Positions 36,755 to 46,362 are shown, numbered from the stretch's first letter. The stretch: 64,000 nucleotides of DNA from an uncultured archaeon (GCA_964608675.1 CAZSOZ010000002.1:1-64000); one strand, 5' to 3'. Translations and numbers: made by a program. Notes: generated by a model not told the origin, from the letters alone.

Positions 36755-38240
36755 AGGAGGTGATCCGTCCGCAGGTTCCCCTACGGACACCTTGTTACAA
36801 CTTAGCCCGCTTTGCAGAAACTAGAATAACTTTAAGCAAGAACTTAAAGTTCATCCAGACCCCACTTAGCTGGCTTGATGGGCGGTGTGTGCAAGGCGCA
36901 GGGACTTATTCACCGGAAGATAATGACTTCCGATTACTGGGGATTCCAACTTCATGAGGCCGAGTTACAGACCTCAATCCGAACTGAGGTTAAGTTTAAG
37001 AGATTGCCTTGCCCTTTCGGGTTTGGAGCCCATTGTCTTAACCATTGTATGCCGCGTGTTGCCCAGGAGATTCGGGCCATACTGATCTACCGTTGCCCAC
37101 TCCTTCCTCGAAGTTACCTCCGCGGTCTTTATAGAGTGCTCCCGCTAAAAACGAAATAGCAACTATAAATGTGGGTCTCGCCCGTTGCCTGAGTTGACAG
37201 GACGCTTCATAGTACGAGCTGACGATGACCATACAACACCTCTCAGCGCGTCAGGAAAGCCCTTCAGACTGTCCATCATTCTGCTGTCACCCCTGGTGAA
37301 TTATCTGGCGTTGTATCCAATTGAACCGCAGCATCCACCCCTTGTAGTGCGCCCCCGCCAATTCCATTAAGTTTCAGCCTTGCGACCGTACTTCCCAGGC
37401 GGCAGACTTAACGGCTTCCCTTCGGCACCCCTACAGCCTGTAGCTGCTAGGACACCTAGTCTGCATCGTTTACGGCTGGGACTAACCGGGTATCTAATCC
37501 GGGTCGATCCCCCAGCTTTCGTTTCTCACCGTCAGGCCCGTTCTAGTCAAACGCCTTCGCTACTGGTGGTCCTCCTAAGATCATAGCATTTCACCGCTAC
37601 CTCAGGAATTCCTTTGACTTCTCCCGGCCTCGAGTCTAAGAGTATTCTTGGCACGCCTACAGGTTAAGCCTGCAGATTTCACCAAGGACTTTTTAGACCG
37701 GCTACAAACGCTTTAGGCCCAATATTAGTGGACACAACTTATGGAGTACGTATTACCGCGGCGGCTGGCACGTATCTTACCCTCCATTTATTCGCATAAC
37801 GTTTTAAATTATGCAAAAGCAAGCAAAGCTTGCACTTGAAATCCCCCTATCACGCTTTCGCGCATTGTAGAGAATTCGCAACTGCTGCACCCCGTAGGGC
37901 TAGGGACCTTATCTCAGTTCCCTTCTCCGGGCTCCCTCTCTCAAGGCCCGTATGGATCTTGGGCTTGGTGGGCAGTTACCCCGCCAACAACCTAATCCAC
38001 CGCAGTCCCGTCTTCAAGCGAATTGCATGCATGAATGCAATCCCTTTAGGCAATTAAATCTTCCAATATTAATTGCTTATAGAGCATTAGTCCCAGTTTC
38101 CCGGGGTTTACTCTTCTTAAAGGTAGGTTGACTACGTGTTACTGAGCCGTCCGCCACAGTCCATCATAGCATGAACTGTAAGACTTGCATGTTTGAGTCG
38201 GATTTCAATAGCAGTGTCCGCCAGCAGGATCAGCTGGTAT
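36755..38240 (-). rRNA. rrs: 16S rRNA, divergent archaeal (DPANN-like)
   Basis: 5' ATACCAGCTGATCCTGCTGG, GTGCCAGCCGCCGCGGTAA, 3' GGATCACCTCCT; flanking stem 36669-36687/38291-38311. Confidence 0.98.
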
Positions 38241-38556
38241 CTTCACTAATATCCTTGTCGCTTTTTTTAGTTAAAAACTGAATGGAATTGTTTTGCACTT
38301 TTTTAAGGTTTAAACCTTTAAAAAAGGTTTTTTCATTTACTACATCAGATTCAAAAAAACTTGAATCCTCATTTTTTGTCTGCCGTAAAAAAAAATCACG
38401 GTAGACACTTATGTTTGTTGCATGAAATTCATCGGAATCCAAAAAAGTGAATTCCTCTTTACGCGCATAAAGGAGGCGATAAAAAATTTGTTTTTGGCAA
38501 AAAAATTAAAACAGAAAATTACAATTTTTCTGCCTATATAATAGGGTCTTATATTA

Positions 38557-38570
38557 TTTATAAAGCTTTC
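38557..38570 (-). promoter_or_regulatory. BRE/TATA promoter of rRNA operon
   Basis: Minus strand GAAAGC-TTTATAAA about 320 nt upstream of the 16S 5' end. Confidence 0.55.
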
Positions 38571-38615
38571 TGTGATTGATTTTTTTGTTTGTTGAATTAT
38601 TTTTTTTGTGGTTAA

Positions 38616-39545
38616 ATGAATTTAAAAGCATATTTTGATTTAGTCAGGCCTTTAGAATGGAGCAAGACTTTTGGAAACATGGTTTTTGGCTATTTGATTG
38701 CATTATTTGTTTCTGATGGTTTTGTTGTTTTTTCTAATTTTGATTTTTTTTTGTTTTTAACTGCATTTATTGCTGTTGGGCCTTTTTTGTGGGGGGGCCT
38801 TTATGCTTTAAATGATTTAACTGATTTTCATAACGATAAAAAGCATTCAGTTAAATCTTCAAGACCTTTGGCTTCAGGGAAAATTTCAGAAAAAAATACT
38901 TTTATTTTTTCTTTGATTTTAATTTTTTTGTCTTTGTTGACTGGATTTTTTTTCTTTGTTTTTTTGAATAACTTTCTTTTTCTTTTTTGTCTTCTGGCAA
39001 TGCTGTTCAATCAAATTTTGTATACTGTTAAACCTTTTCGGTTTAAATCTCTTCCATTTCTTGATTTAATTTCTGGTTCTGTAATTAATCCTTTTTTTCG
39101 TTTTTATGCAGGCTGGGTTCTTGTTTTTCAATCTTTTAATGCGCCTTTATTGATTTTAATTTTTGTTGTTGGAATCCAGTTTGCAGGTTTTGCTTTATAC
39201 AGATTGAATTCAAGAGGGCATGAAAAAGAATTGGGATACAAAAGTTCTATTGTTGTTTTTGGAGAAAAAAAAATTTTGTTTGTTTCTTATGCTGTTGGTT
39301 TAATTGCAGTTTTTTCTTTTGTTTTGATGACTTTAACTAAATGTTTTTTTCCTGACTTAATTTTTTTGGGAACTCTTCCATCCAAGTTTTTGTGGCTGGT
39401 GGTTTTAAGTATTATTTTACTTCCTTTATATTTGCAGGCTTTAAGCGACCCCCAAAAAATGGATATCAAAAAAATGCACAGAATAATGTACTTTCATAAT
39501 CTTGCATTCATTTTTGGCTTTATCTTATTGTTTTTCATTAACTAA
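38616..39545 (+). CDS. UbiA prenyltransferase family protein
   Basis: LVRPLEWSK, YALNDLTDFHNDKKH..K..RPLASG; multiple TMs. Confidence 0.88.
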   Translation: MNLKAYFDLVRPLEWSKTFGNMVFGYLIALFVSDGFVVFSNFDFFLFLTAFIAVGPFLWGGLYALNDLTDFHNDKKHSVKSSRPLASGKISEKNTFIFSLILIFLSLLTGFFFFVFLNNFLFLFCLLAMLFNQILYTVKPFRFKSLPFLDLISGSVINPFFRFYAGWVLVFQSFNAPLLILIFVVGIQFAGFALYRLNSRGHEKELGYKSSIVVFGEKKILFVSYAVGLIAVFSFVLMTLTKCFFPDLIFLGTLPSKFLWLVVLSIILLPLYLQALSDPQKMDIKKMHRIMYFHNLAFIFGFILLFFIN

Positions 39546-39602
39546 AATAAAATAAAAAAGAGAATAAAAAGGGGAAGAATAATAAAAAAAAGAGTTAATT
39601 AT

Positions 39603-39734
39603 TCAGGTTGTCTTTCTTTTCTTCAAATATCTTTTTTTGCGTTTTTCTTTGCGCATTTTCTTTTTTTTCCATTTCCATCTTTCTCTGGCTTTGGTTTTTT
39701 TAAATCTGCTTGTATCTTTGCTTCTAGTTCCCAT
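39603..39734 (-). CDS. rpl41e: Ribosomal protein L41e (eS32)-like basic peptide, 43 aa
   Basis: AGGTGA RBS; MGTRSKDTSRFKKTKARERWKWKKKKMRKEKRKKRYLKKRKTT matches the archaeal R.RWKW.KK..R..KR pattern; below ORF-track cutoff. Confidence 0.72.
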   Translation of the reverse strand: MGTRSKDTSRFKKTKARERWKWKKKKMRKEKRKKRYLKKRKTT

Positions 39735-39896
39735 TAATTCACCTAAAAAATAAGTTTTAAGTAGAATAAAAATAGGCTGTGGAAGTATTTAAATAATTTA
39801 TGCCAAAAATAACTGGTTTTTTTTGTCTTACAGTTAAATTTTTAGATGATTACTTTTAATAATTTATAAAAATCCAATTTATTGATTTGTGATAAA

Positions 39897-40141
39897 ATGG
39901 ATTCCAAAGTATTAAAGGAAACTGAATCAGTTTGTTCTGTTTGTTTAAAATTTAATTTCTGTTAAAATTGTTGAAGAAAACAACAAAATTTTTTTAAAAA
40001 AAATGCAAAGAATACGGTTTTTTTAAGGAAATTTATTGGAATAATGCTAATTTATTCAAAAAATTTTCTGATTTTGAAGCAGTTCATTCAAAAGGATACA
40101 GGGATGAAATAGAAAAAGCTAATGTAAAACCTTTAAAATAA
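39897..40141 (+). pseudogene. Frameshifted N-terminal remnant of Tes/MJ0619-like radical SAM gene
   Basis: KETESVCSVCLK / ISVKIVEENNKIFLKK / CKEYGFFKEIYWNNANLFKKF across two frameshifts. Confidence 0.6.
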
Positions 40142-40144
40142 AAA

Positions 40145-40699
40145 TTATTTTTTGATTGTTTTGCCTGCAAAAGCAAGGCTTCCGCCAATGGACGCAGTTA
40201 TGAATTGAATTAAACCCATAGGCACCAAAAAAACTGCCGGCACAATCCCTAAAAAAACCAAAAAAAGTGTGGCTGAAAAAATGAAAACTGATTTAATTAT
40301 TCCTGCAGTTATAACTGAAACAAAATAATTGATTTTGTTGACTAAATTAAAGTTTTTAATGAAATAAACAAATAATGCGTTCCCTATCCAAATGAAAGGC
40401 ATTAAATAAACTAAAAACAAGGTGAATGAACTAAAAATTATTCCTGAAATCACTGCGCCTACTGCAGGAAGCAGTATTACTGGAAGGCTTTTTTTAAAGC
40501 TTAAATACATTGCGCTTGACGCCAGAAAAAAATTCACTATGCTTCCAATAATTATCTGGTTTTGAAACTGAACATGGTTTAAAATAATTGGAATAAAAAA
40601 AACTGAAAAAGCAAGAATTAAGAGAAGCTGGTTTTCTGATTTAAAAATTGATTCATATTTTTTTTTGTTTGTTTTTTCAAAACTGTATTCAAATTTCAT
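40145..40699 (-). CDS. Membrane protein, ECF S-component-like, divergent from the hydrogenase gene
   Basis: QIIIGSIVN, PFIWIGNAL, QFITASIGG. Confidence 0.7.
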   Translation of the reverse strand: MKFEYSFEKTNKKKYESIFKSENQLLLILAFSVFFIPIILNHVQFQNQIIIGSIVNFFLASSAMYLSFKKSLPVILLPAVGAVISGIIFSSFTLFLVYLMPFIWIGNALFVYFIKNFNLVNKINYFVSVITAGIIKSVFIFSATLFLVFLGIVPAVFLVPMGLIQFITASIGGSLAFAGKTIKK

Positions 40700-40753
40700 A
40701 TTAAATTAAAAACCAGCAAAGCCTTAAAAACATATTTTCTTTTTCTTTTATTC

Positions 40754-41857
40754 ATGAATGAGAATCTGAATGAAATAGAAAAATTACAGAAAGCTTTGAA
40801 TGACAAAAACAAACAGGTTGTTGCTCAGGTTGCTCCTGCTTTAAGGGTTACTATAGGGGAACTATTTGGTTTTCCTGCAGGAACAATTTTAACTAAAAAA
40901 TTTGTTGGAGCACTAAAAGAATTGGGAATACAAAAAGTGTTTGATACTTCTTTTTCTGCTGATGTAGTTACGGTTGAAGAGGGAACTGAATTCATTAATA
41001 GGCTTAAAGAAAAAAATAATTTGCCTTTGTTTACTTCTTGTTGTCCTGGTTCAGTTGCTTTTGTTGAAAACAAGCATCCTGAATTAGTTTATCATTTTTG
41101 TACGGTTAAATCTCCTCAGCAGACAATGGGGGCTTTAATTAAAAGTTATTACACTGAAAAAATGAATTTAAGTCATGAAAACGTTTTTGTTGTTTCAATT
41201 ATGCCGTGTGTAGTAAAAAAAATTGAAGCAAAGCGTCCTGAAATGGATTTTAACGGAATTCATCATGTTGATGCAGTTTTAACTACTATGGATATAGCCA
41301 GATTATTAAAAGAAAAAGGAATTGATTTAAAGAATTCAAAGGAACAGGAGTTTGATTCAATTCTTGGAAACGCTACAGGCGCAGGACAATTGTTTGGTGT
41401 AACCGGAGGAGTCTCTGAATCTTTGTTAAGGTTTGTTTCACAGAAACTTGAACCAGAAAAAAAGAAAATTGAATTTAGAGAAGTAAGAGGCATGGAAGGA
41501 TTAAGGGAAAAAGAAATTGAAATTGCAGGAAAAAAAATCAGGATTGCAGTTGTTCATGGTTTGCATAACTTAAATAATTTGATTTTGGATAAAAAAAAGT
41601 TTGAGTCTTTTCAGGTAATTGAAATGATGGCTTGTCCTGGCGGATGCATTGGGGGGGGAGGTCAGCCGAAATCTACTCCTGAAACAAGGGAAAAAAGAAT
41701 TCAGGCTTTAAGAAAAGTTGATTCATCTGAATCAGTAAAAATTTCTTCTGAAAGTGATGAAGTAAAAGAATTATATAAAACTTTTTTGATGAAACCGGGT
41801 TCAAAAAAAGCAAGGGATTTACTGCACACGAAAAGAATCTGCTTGAAATGCGATTAA
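40754..41857 (+). CDS. hydA: Minimal [FeFe]-hydrogenase (H-cluster domain only)
   Basis: L1 FTSCCPG, L2 MPCVVKKIE, L3 EMMACPGGCIGGGGQP; KSPQQ; C-terminal LLHT. Confidence 0.93.
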   Translation: MNENLNEIEKLQKALNDKNKQVVAQVAPALRVTIGELFGFPAGTILTKKFVGALKELGIQKVFDTSFSADVVTVEEGTEFINRLKEKNNLPLFTSCCPGSVAFVENKHPELVYHFCTVKSPQQTMGALIKSYYTEKMNLSHENVFVVSIMPCVVKKIEAKRPEMDFNGIHHVDAVLTTMDIARLLKEKGIDLKNSKEQEFDSILGNATGAGQLFGVTGGVSESLLRFVSQKLEPEKKKIEFREVRGMEGLREKEIEIAGKKIRIAVVHGLHNLNNLILDKKKFESFQVIEMMACPGGCIGGGGQPKSTPETREKRIQALRKVDSSESVKISSESDEVKELYKTFLMKPGSKKARDLLHTKRICLKCD

Positions 41858-41975
41858 ATTAATTTATAAATCCATCTATTATTAATTATTATAGAATAAC
41901 ACATTAAATTTAATGGAATCTATTTCTTTTATTTTTAGTTGTGTTATTAAAAGTTATATAGGAGTAGAAAAAAGC

Positions 41976-42137
41976 ATGGATTTTAACAGAAGAGGTCCAA
42001 GAAGAGATTTTGGACCAAGAGAAATGCATAAAGCAGTTTGTTCTGAATGCGGTCAGGAATGTGAAGTTCCGTTTAAGCCAATGGAAGGCAAACCTGTTTA
42101 CTGCAGAGAATGCTATAGAAACAAAAAAAGCTACTGA
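41976..42137 (+). CDS. CxxC-x17-CxxC domain protein
   Basis: REMHKAVCSECGQECEVPFKP..GKPVYCREC; start reassigned to ATG 41976. Confidence 0.9.
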   Translation: MDFNRRGPRRDFGPREMHKAVCSECGQECEVPFKPMEGKPVYCRECYRNKKSY

Positions 42138-42235
42138 TTTTTTGGCATTCAGTTCAAATTAATTTTTTAACCTAATTTTTTTTCTTTTTTTTTATTCAAA
42201 AGTCTTATTAACTTTAAAACTCTTTATTTTTGTTT

Positions 42236-42709
42236 ATGAATAAAAATGATTTTTTTTTGCTTTTTTTTTCTGTTTTTGTCTGCCTTCTTGCAGGTTTTGT
42301 TGGTTCACTTTTTACTGTTGATTCAATTTCTTCTTGGTATGTTTTTTTGAATAAACCTTTTTTTACTCCTCCAAGCTGGGTGTTTGCTCCTGTTTGGACT
42401 GCTTTGTATATTTTAATGGGTTTGTCTTTGTTTTTTGTTTTAAGAAAAGGGTTTATCTGGAAAGTTAAGATTGCTTCAGGTCTTTTTTTTGTTCAGCTTT
42501 TTTTGAATTTTTTATGGTCAATTTTGTTTTTTGGTTTAAAGAATCCTTTTCTTGCTTTAATTGAAATAATTTTTTTGTGGACTGCAATTTTGTTTACTTT
42601 GTTCTTTTTTTACAGAATCGAAAAAAAGTCTGCTTATCTTTTGATTCCTTATTTTTTGTGGGTTTCTTTTGCGTCTTTATTGAATTATTTTATTTGGATT
42701 TTAAATTAA
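42236..42709 (+). CDS. tspO: TspO/MBR tryptophan-rich sensory protein
   Basis: WY..LNKP.FTPPSWVFAPVWTALY, LNFLWS.LFFG, LIPYFLWVSFA.LLN. Confidence 0.92.
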   Translation: MNKNDFFLLFFSVFVCLLAGFVGSLFTVDSISSWYVFLNKPFFTPPSWVFAPVWTALYILMGLSLFFVLRKGFIWKVKIASGLFFVQLFLNFLWSILFFGLKNPFLALIEIIFLWTAILFTLFFFYRIEKKSAYLLIPYFLWVSFASLLNYFIWILN

Positions 42710-42940
42710 TGCCAACATTTAAATAAGTTTAACGTGCATTAATTGATTTATGAATACAGCCAAAAAAATTTTTTCTTTAATTTTTTTTCTGTTTAGACCT
42801 CTGTTTGTCTTAAAATGGCTGTTGTTCAAAAAACATTTTTTCTGATTTGAACCCGCTTTTTTTTGGTTTCATTTTAAGTTTTTTTTTAATGAAATTTTAG
42901 GCGGGAAAAATTAAATGAATTTAAAAATGAGTGGAGTTAA

Positions 42941-43087
42941 TTGGCTGAAAAAAAAAGGATTCCTTGCAGGTTTGCTTCTTTGTGTTCAGACCAAGCATGG
43001 TACAAATACTTGTGCAATAACCATAATGAAGCCCAAAAATACTGTTCAACTTACCCTGAAATAGCCAATTATAGAAAAATAAAATGA
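42941..43087 (+). CDS. Possible 48-aa four-Cys small protein
   Basis: GGAG RBS, TTG start, MAEKKRIPCRFASLCSDQAWYKYLCNNHNEAQKYCSTYPEIANYRKIK. Confidence 0.4.
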   Translation: MAEKKRIPCRFASLCSDQAWYKYLCNNHNEAQKYCSTYPEIANYRKIK

Positions 43088-43137
43088 AAGTAATGCTTAT
43101 TTAAACTGATTTTTTCAGATTCAATAGGGGTAATTTA

Positions 43138-43362
43138 ATGAAATCAGAAGTGATAGAAAAAATTGCTGCATTGATTACTGCAGCATTTGGTTTGGTTGCG
43201 GCTTTGGCCTGGAACGGGGCAATTCAGGCAATCTTTAAGGAAATTTTTGGTTCAGCTGAATCATTAATTCCAATGATAATCTATGCAGTAGTAGTAACAA
43301 TAATTGCTGTTTTAGCTACAATCTGGATAGGAAAAATATCAGAGAAAGCAAAAGAAAACTGA
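43138..43362 (+). CDS. DUF5654-like small membrane protein
   Basis: LITAAFGLVAALAWN.AI. Confidence 0.8.
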   Translation: MKSEVIEKIAALITAAFGLVAALAWNGAIQAIFKEIFGSAESLIPMIIYAVVVTIIAVLATIWIGKISEKAKEN

Positions 43363-43444
43363 TTTAATTGGTAAAAATTTTGCCACTTTTTATTCTTTTT
43401 TTTTATTTATTTTTTTCTTTTAACTTTTTTCCTTTTTTATTTTA

Positions 43445-44317
43445 TTAGGATACAACTCGGTTTAACTGGAATTCCAGAATGTCTGTTGCGCCTGCTTTGA
43501 TTATTTTTGGAAGAATTTTTGGAATCATTTCTTTGTTTACTGCTACTTTCACTGCATAACCTTGTTCTGCAAAAAGCTCGCTTACAGTAGGGCTTTTCAT
43601 GCAAGGAAGAATTTTAACTAATCCGTCTAGTTTTTCTTTTGGAACATTCATTTCAAGCATTACTTTTTGCATTCCAAGCAATGCTGCTTCTAATAGCATT
43701 TTTATTTCATTTATTTTGTTTTTTTTCCATTTATCTTTTAAAGCTTTTTTGTTTGAAATCATTGTTGTAACCGACTCAAATACAATGTCAACTGCCCTTA
43801 AATTGTTTGTTTTAAGTGTTGTTCCTGTTTCAGTTAAATCAATTATTGCATCAGCAAAAATAGGGCATTTAACTTCTGTTGCGCCCCAGGAAAATTCTGC
43901 TTTGGCTTTAACCTTGTTTTTTTTAAAATATTTTTTTGTTAAATTCATTAATTCAGTTGAAACAGTTTTTCCTTCTAAATCTTTTACTGATTTGATTTTA
44001 GAGTTTTTTGGAACAGCCAAAACCCATTTAACTTTATTAAAGCCTTGTTTAGCATATTCAAATTCTTTTATTTTTTCTACTTTTACTTCAGTTTCTTTAA
44101 TCCAATCTAATCCGGTTATCCCTAAATCAATTACTTTATCTTCAACAAACATTGGAATTTCCTGTGGCTTAATTAAAGTTATTTCCACTTCTTTATCGCT
44201 TGTTACAGGATAATAAGAACGAGAATTAACTGTTATTTCAATTCCTGCTTTGCTGAATAACTCTATTGTTGTTTTCTGCAGACTGCCTGTGGGCAGTCCG
44301 ATTTTTAGTTTGTTCAT
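43445..44317 (-). CDS. hisG: ATP phosphoribosyltransferase, long form
   Basis: DLGITGLDW, SWGATE, DLTETGTTL..N.L, SPTVS. Confidence 0.95.
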   Translation of the reverse strand: MNKLKIGLPTGSLQKTTIELFSKAGIEITVNSRSYYPVTSDKEVEITLIKPQEIPMFVEDKVIDLGITGLDWIKETEVKVEKIKEFEYAKQGFNKVKWVLAVPKNSKIKSVKDLEGKTVSTELMNLTKKYFKKNKVKAKAEFSWGATEVKCPIFADAIIDLTETGTTLKTNNLRAVDIVFESVTTMISNKKALKDKWKKNKINEIKMLLEAALLGMQKVMLEMNVPKEKLDGLVKILPCMKSPTVSELFAEQGYAVKVAVNKEMIPKILPKIIKAGATDILEFQLNRVVS

Positions 44318-44982
44318 TTAATTTCCTCCAAAGAAATTTTTTCTGAATATAATGCCATTCCAATAACAGGTTTAACCCTGATTTTTTCCAGTTTTCTTGC
44401 TTCCTGAATTGAAGTAATTCCTCCTGCTACACTCAAATCTTTTTTAGTGCTCTTTCGCAATTTTTTTATTATTCCAAAATCTGTTCCCTTCATTAATCCT
44501 TCTTTTTCAACGCAAGTGAAAAGAAATTCCCCACAAAAATCTTCAAGTTCTGAAATCACTTCAAAAGGAGTTTTATTTGTTTTTTTCTTCCATCCTTGAA
44601 TTACAACTTTTCCTTTAAAAGAATCAACTGCAACAATAATTTTTTTCTTTGAAATTTTTTCAGTTAATTTTTCAAGAAACTCTTTATCTGCTTTTGTCCC
44701 AATAATAATTTTTTTTGCTCTACAATCAATTAATTCTTCTGCTTTTTCAATGCTCCTGATTCCTCCTCCAACTCTTGCATTTACAATTCCTGCTATTTCT
44801 TTTACAATCAAAGTGTTTTCTCCGTTATTCATTGCCTTATCCAAATCAATTACCTGCACTTCTTTGAATCCTTTGAATTTTCCTGCAAAATAAAAAGGGT
44901 TATTTATTTCAATCACTTTTTTTCTTCCTTGCTGAAGCTGAACTACTTTTCCTTGAATTAAATCAATGCTTGGAATAATCAT
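44314..44982 (-). CDS. hisA: ProFAR isomerase
   Basis: IIPSIDL..GKVVQL, VGGGIRS, AGGI. Confidence 0.9.
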   Translation of the reverse strand: MIIPSIDLIQGKVVQLQQGRKKVIEINNPFYFAGKFKGFKEVQVIDLDKAMNNGENTLIVKEIAGIVNARVGGGIRSIEKAEELIDCRAKKIIIGTKADKEFLEKLTEKISKKKIIVAVDSFKGKVVIQGWKKKTNKTPFEVISELEDFCGEFLFTCVEKEGLMKGTDFGIIKKLRKSTKKDLSVAGGITSIQEARKLEKIRVKPVIGMALYSEKISLEEIK

Positions 44983-45773
44983 ATTCTCACCTTAATGTTT
45001 TGTTTTTTCAGATATTGTTTTACTTCTTTAACTGAATACTTTCCATAGTGAAAAACGCTTGCAGCTAAAACTGCGTCTGCTTTGCCTTTTTTTATTGCTT
45101 TAGCAAAACTTTCTAGTGTTCCCGCTCCTCCTGAAGCAATAACAGGAATATTAACTGAATCAGAAATCAATGAAGTTAGCTCTAAATTAAATCCTTTTTG
45201 TGTGCCGTCTGAATCCATTGAAGTAAGCAGAATTTCTCCTGCGCCAAGCTTTTTTGACTGCTTTGCCCAATACAATGCATTTAATCTGGTGTTTTTTTTT
45301 CCTCCAAAAACAAAGCATTCAAATCTTTTCCTTCCTTTAAATGAATTCTTTTTTGCATCAATTGCAATAACGCATGCCTGTGAACCAAACTCTTTGCTTA
45401 TTTTTGTTATTAATTCAGGTGAATTAATTGCGGCAGAATTAACTGAAATTTTGTCTGCTCCTGCCTTAAACAATTTTTCTGCATCTTTTATTGTTTTGGT
45501 TCCTCCTCCAACAGTTAATGGAACAAAAACCTGTTCACTTACTTTTTTGACTACTTCAATCATTGTTTTTCTTTTTTCTGCTGAAGCAGTTATGTCAAGT
45601 AAAACTATTTCATCTGCTCCTTGTTCATAGTATTGTTTAGCCATTTCTTCAGGGATTCCGGCATACTTTATTTGATTGAATTTTATTCCTTTAACTACTC
45701 TTCCTTCTTTTACTCCTAAATCGCAGTCCAAGCAAGCAATAATTCTTTTTGACAGCATTTTTTCACAACTCAA
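44979..45773 (-). CDS. hisF: Imidazole glycerol phosphate synthase cyclase subunit
   Basis: KRIIACLD, LDITAS, GAGEILLTSMDSDGT, IASGGAG, LAASVFH. Confidence 0.96.
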   Translation of the reverse strand: MSCEKMLSKRIIACLDCDLGVKEGRVVKGIKFNQIKYAGIPEEMAKQYYEQGADEIVLLDITASAEKRKTMIEVVKKVSEQVFVPLTVGGGTKTIKDAEKLFKAGADKISVNSAAINSPELITKISKEFGSQACVIAIDAKKNSFKGRKRFECFVFGGKKNTRLNALYWAKQSKKLGAGEILLTSMDSDGTQKGFNLELTSLISDSVNIPVIASGGAGTLESFAKAIKKGKADAVLAASVFHYGKYSVKEVKQYLKKQNIKVRI

Positions 45774-46359
45774 TAAATTTTTTCAATACTTTTAATCCAT
45801 TTTTTCCTGATTTTTCTGGGTGAAACTGAAAAGCAAAAACATTTTCTTTTTCTATTCCGGAAACAAATTCTTCTCCTTGATAACTGCTTGTACAGGAAAT
45901 AATTTTTTTTTCTTCTGGAACAGGATAAAAACTGTTAACAAAATAAAAAAATTTTCCATTTAATCCTGAGAGCAGCCCATTATTTTTTTTCACTTTGATT
46001 TTGTTCCAGCCAATCTGAGGAATCTTTTTTGCTTTAGAAAATCTTTTGTTTTTTCCCTTAAAAACTCCGAAGCCTCTTCCTTTGTTTTCCTCGCTTTCTT
46101 CAAACAATGCCTGCAGTCCTAAACAGATTCCAAGAAAAGGAGTGCCTTGTTTTATTGACTGGATTAGTGCTTTATCCAGTTTTTTTTCTTCAAGTTTTCT
46201 GGCCATGGTTCCGAATTCTCCTACTCCTGGAAAAACAATTTTTTCTGCTTTAAGTATTTTTTTCGGATTATTTGTTTCACTAACTGTTTCTCCCAGAAAC
46301 TCAAGAGAATTTTTCAGGCTTTGAATATTGCCTTTTCCATAGTCAACTATTGAAATCAT
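45763..46359 (-). CDS. hisH: Imidazole glycerol phosphate synthase glutaminase subunit
   Basis: VDYGKGN, PGVG, GICLGLQ, QFHPEKS. Confidence 0.96.
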   Translation of the reverse strand: MISIVDYGKGNIQSLKNSLEFLGETVSETNNPKKILKAEKIVFPGVGEFGTMARKLEEKKLDKALIQSIKQGTPFLGICLGLQALFEESEENKGRGFGVFKGKNKRFSKAKKIPQIGWNKIKVKKNNGLLSGLNGKFFYFVNSFYPVPEEKKIISCTSSYQGEEFVSGIEKENVFAFQFHPEKSGKNGLKVLKKFIEL

Positions 46360-46362
46360 TTT

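Noticed and set aside
33036-38442. Numerous ORFs in the track across this region
   Set aside because: They overlap 16S/23S rRNA, tRNA-Ala and spacers; no protein motifs
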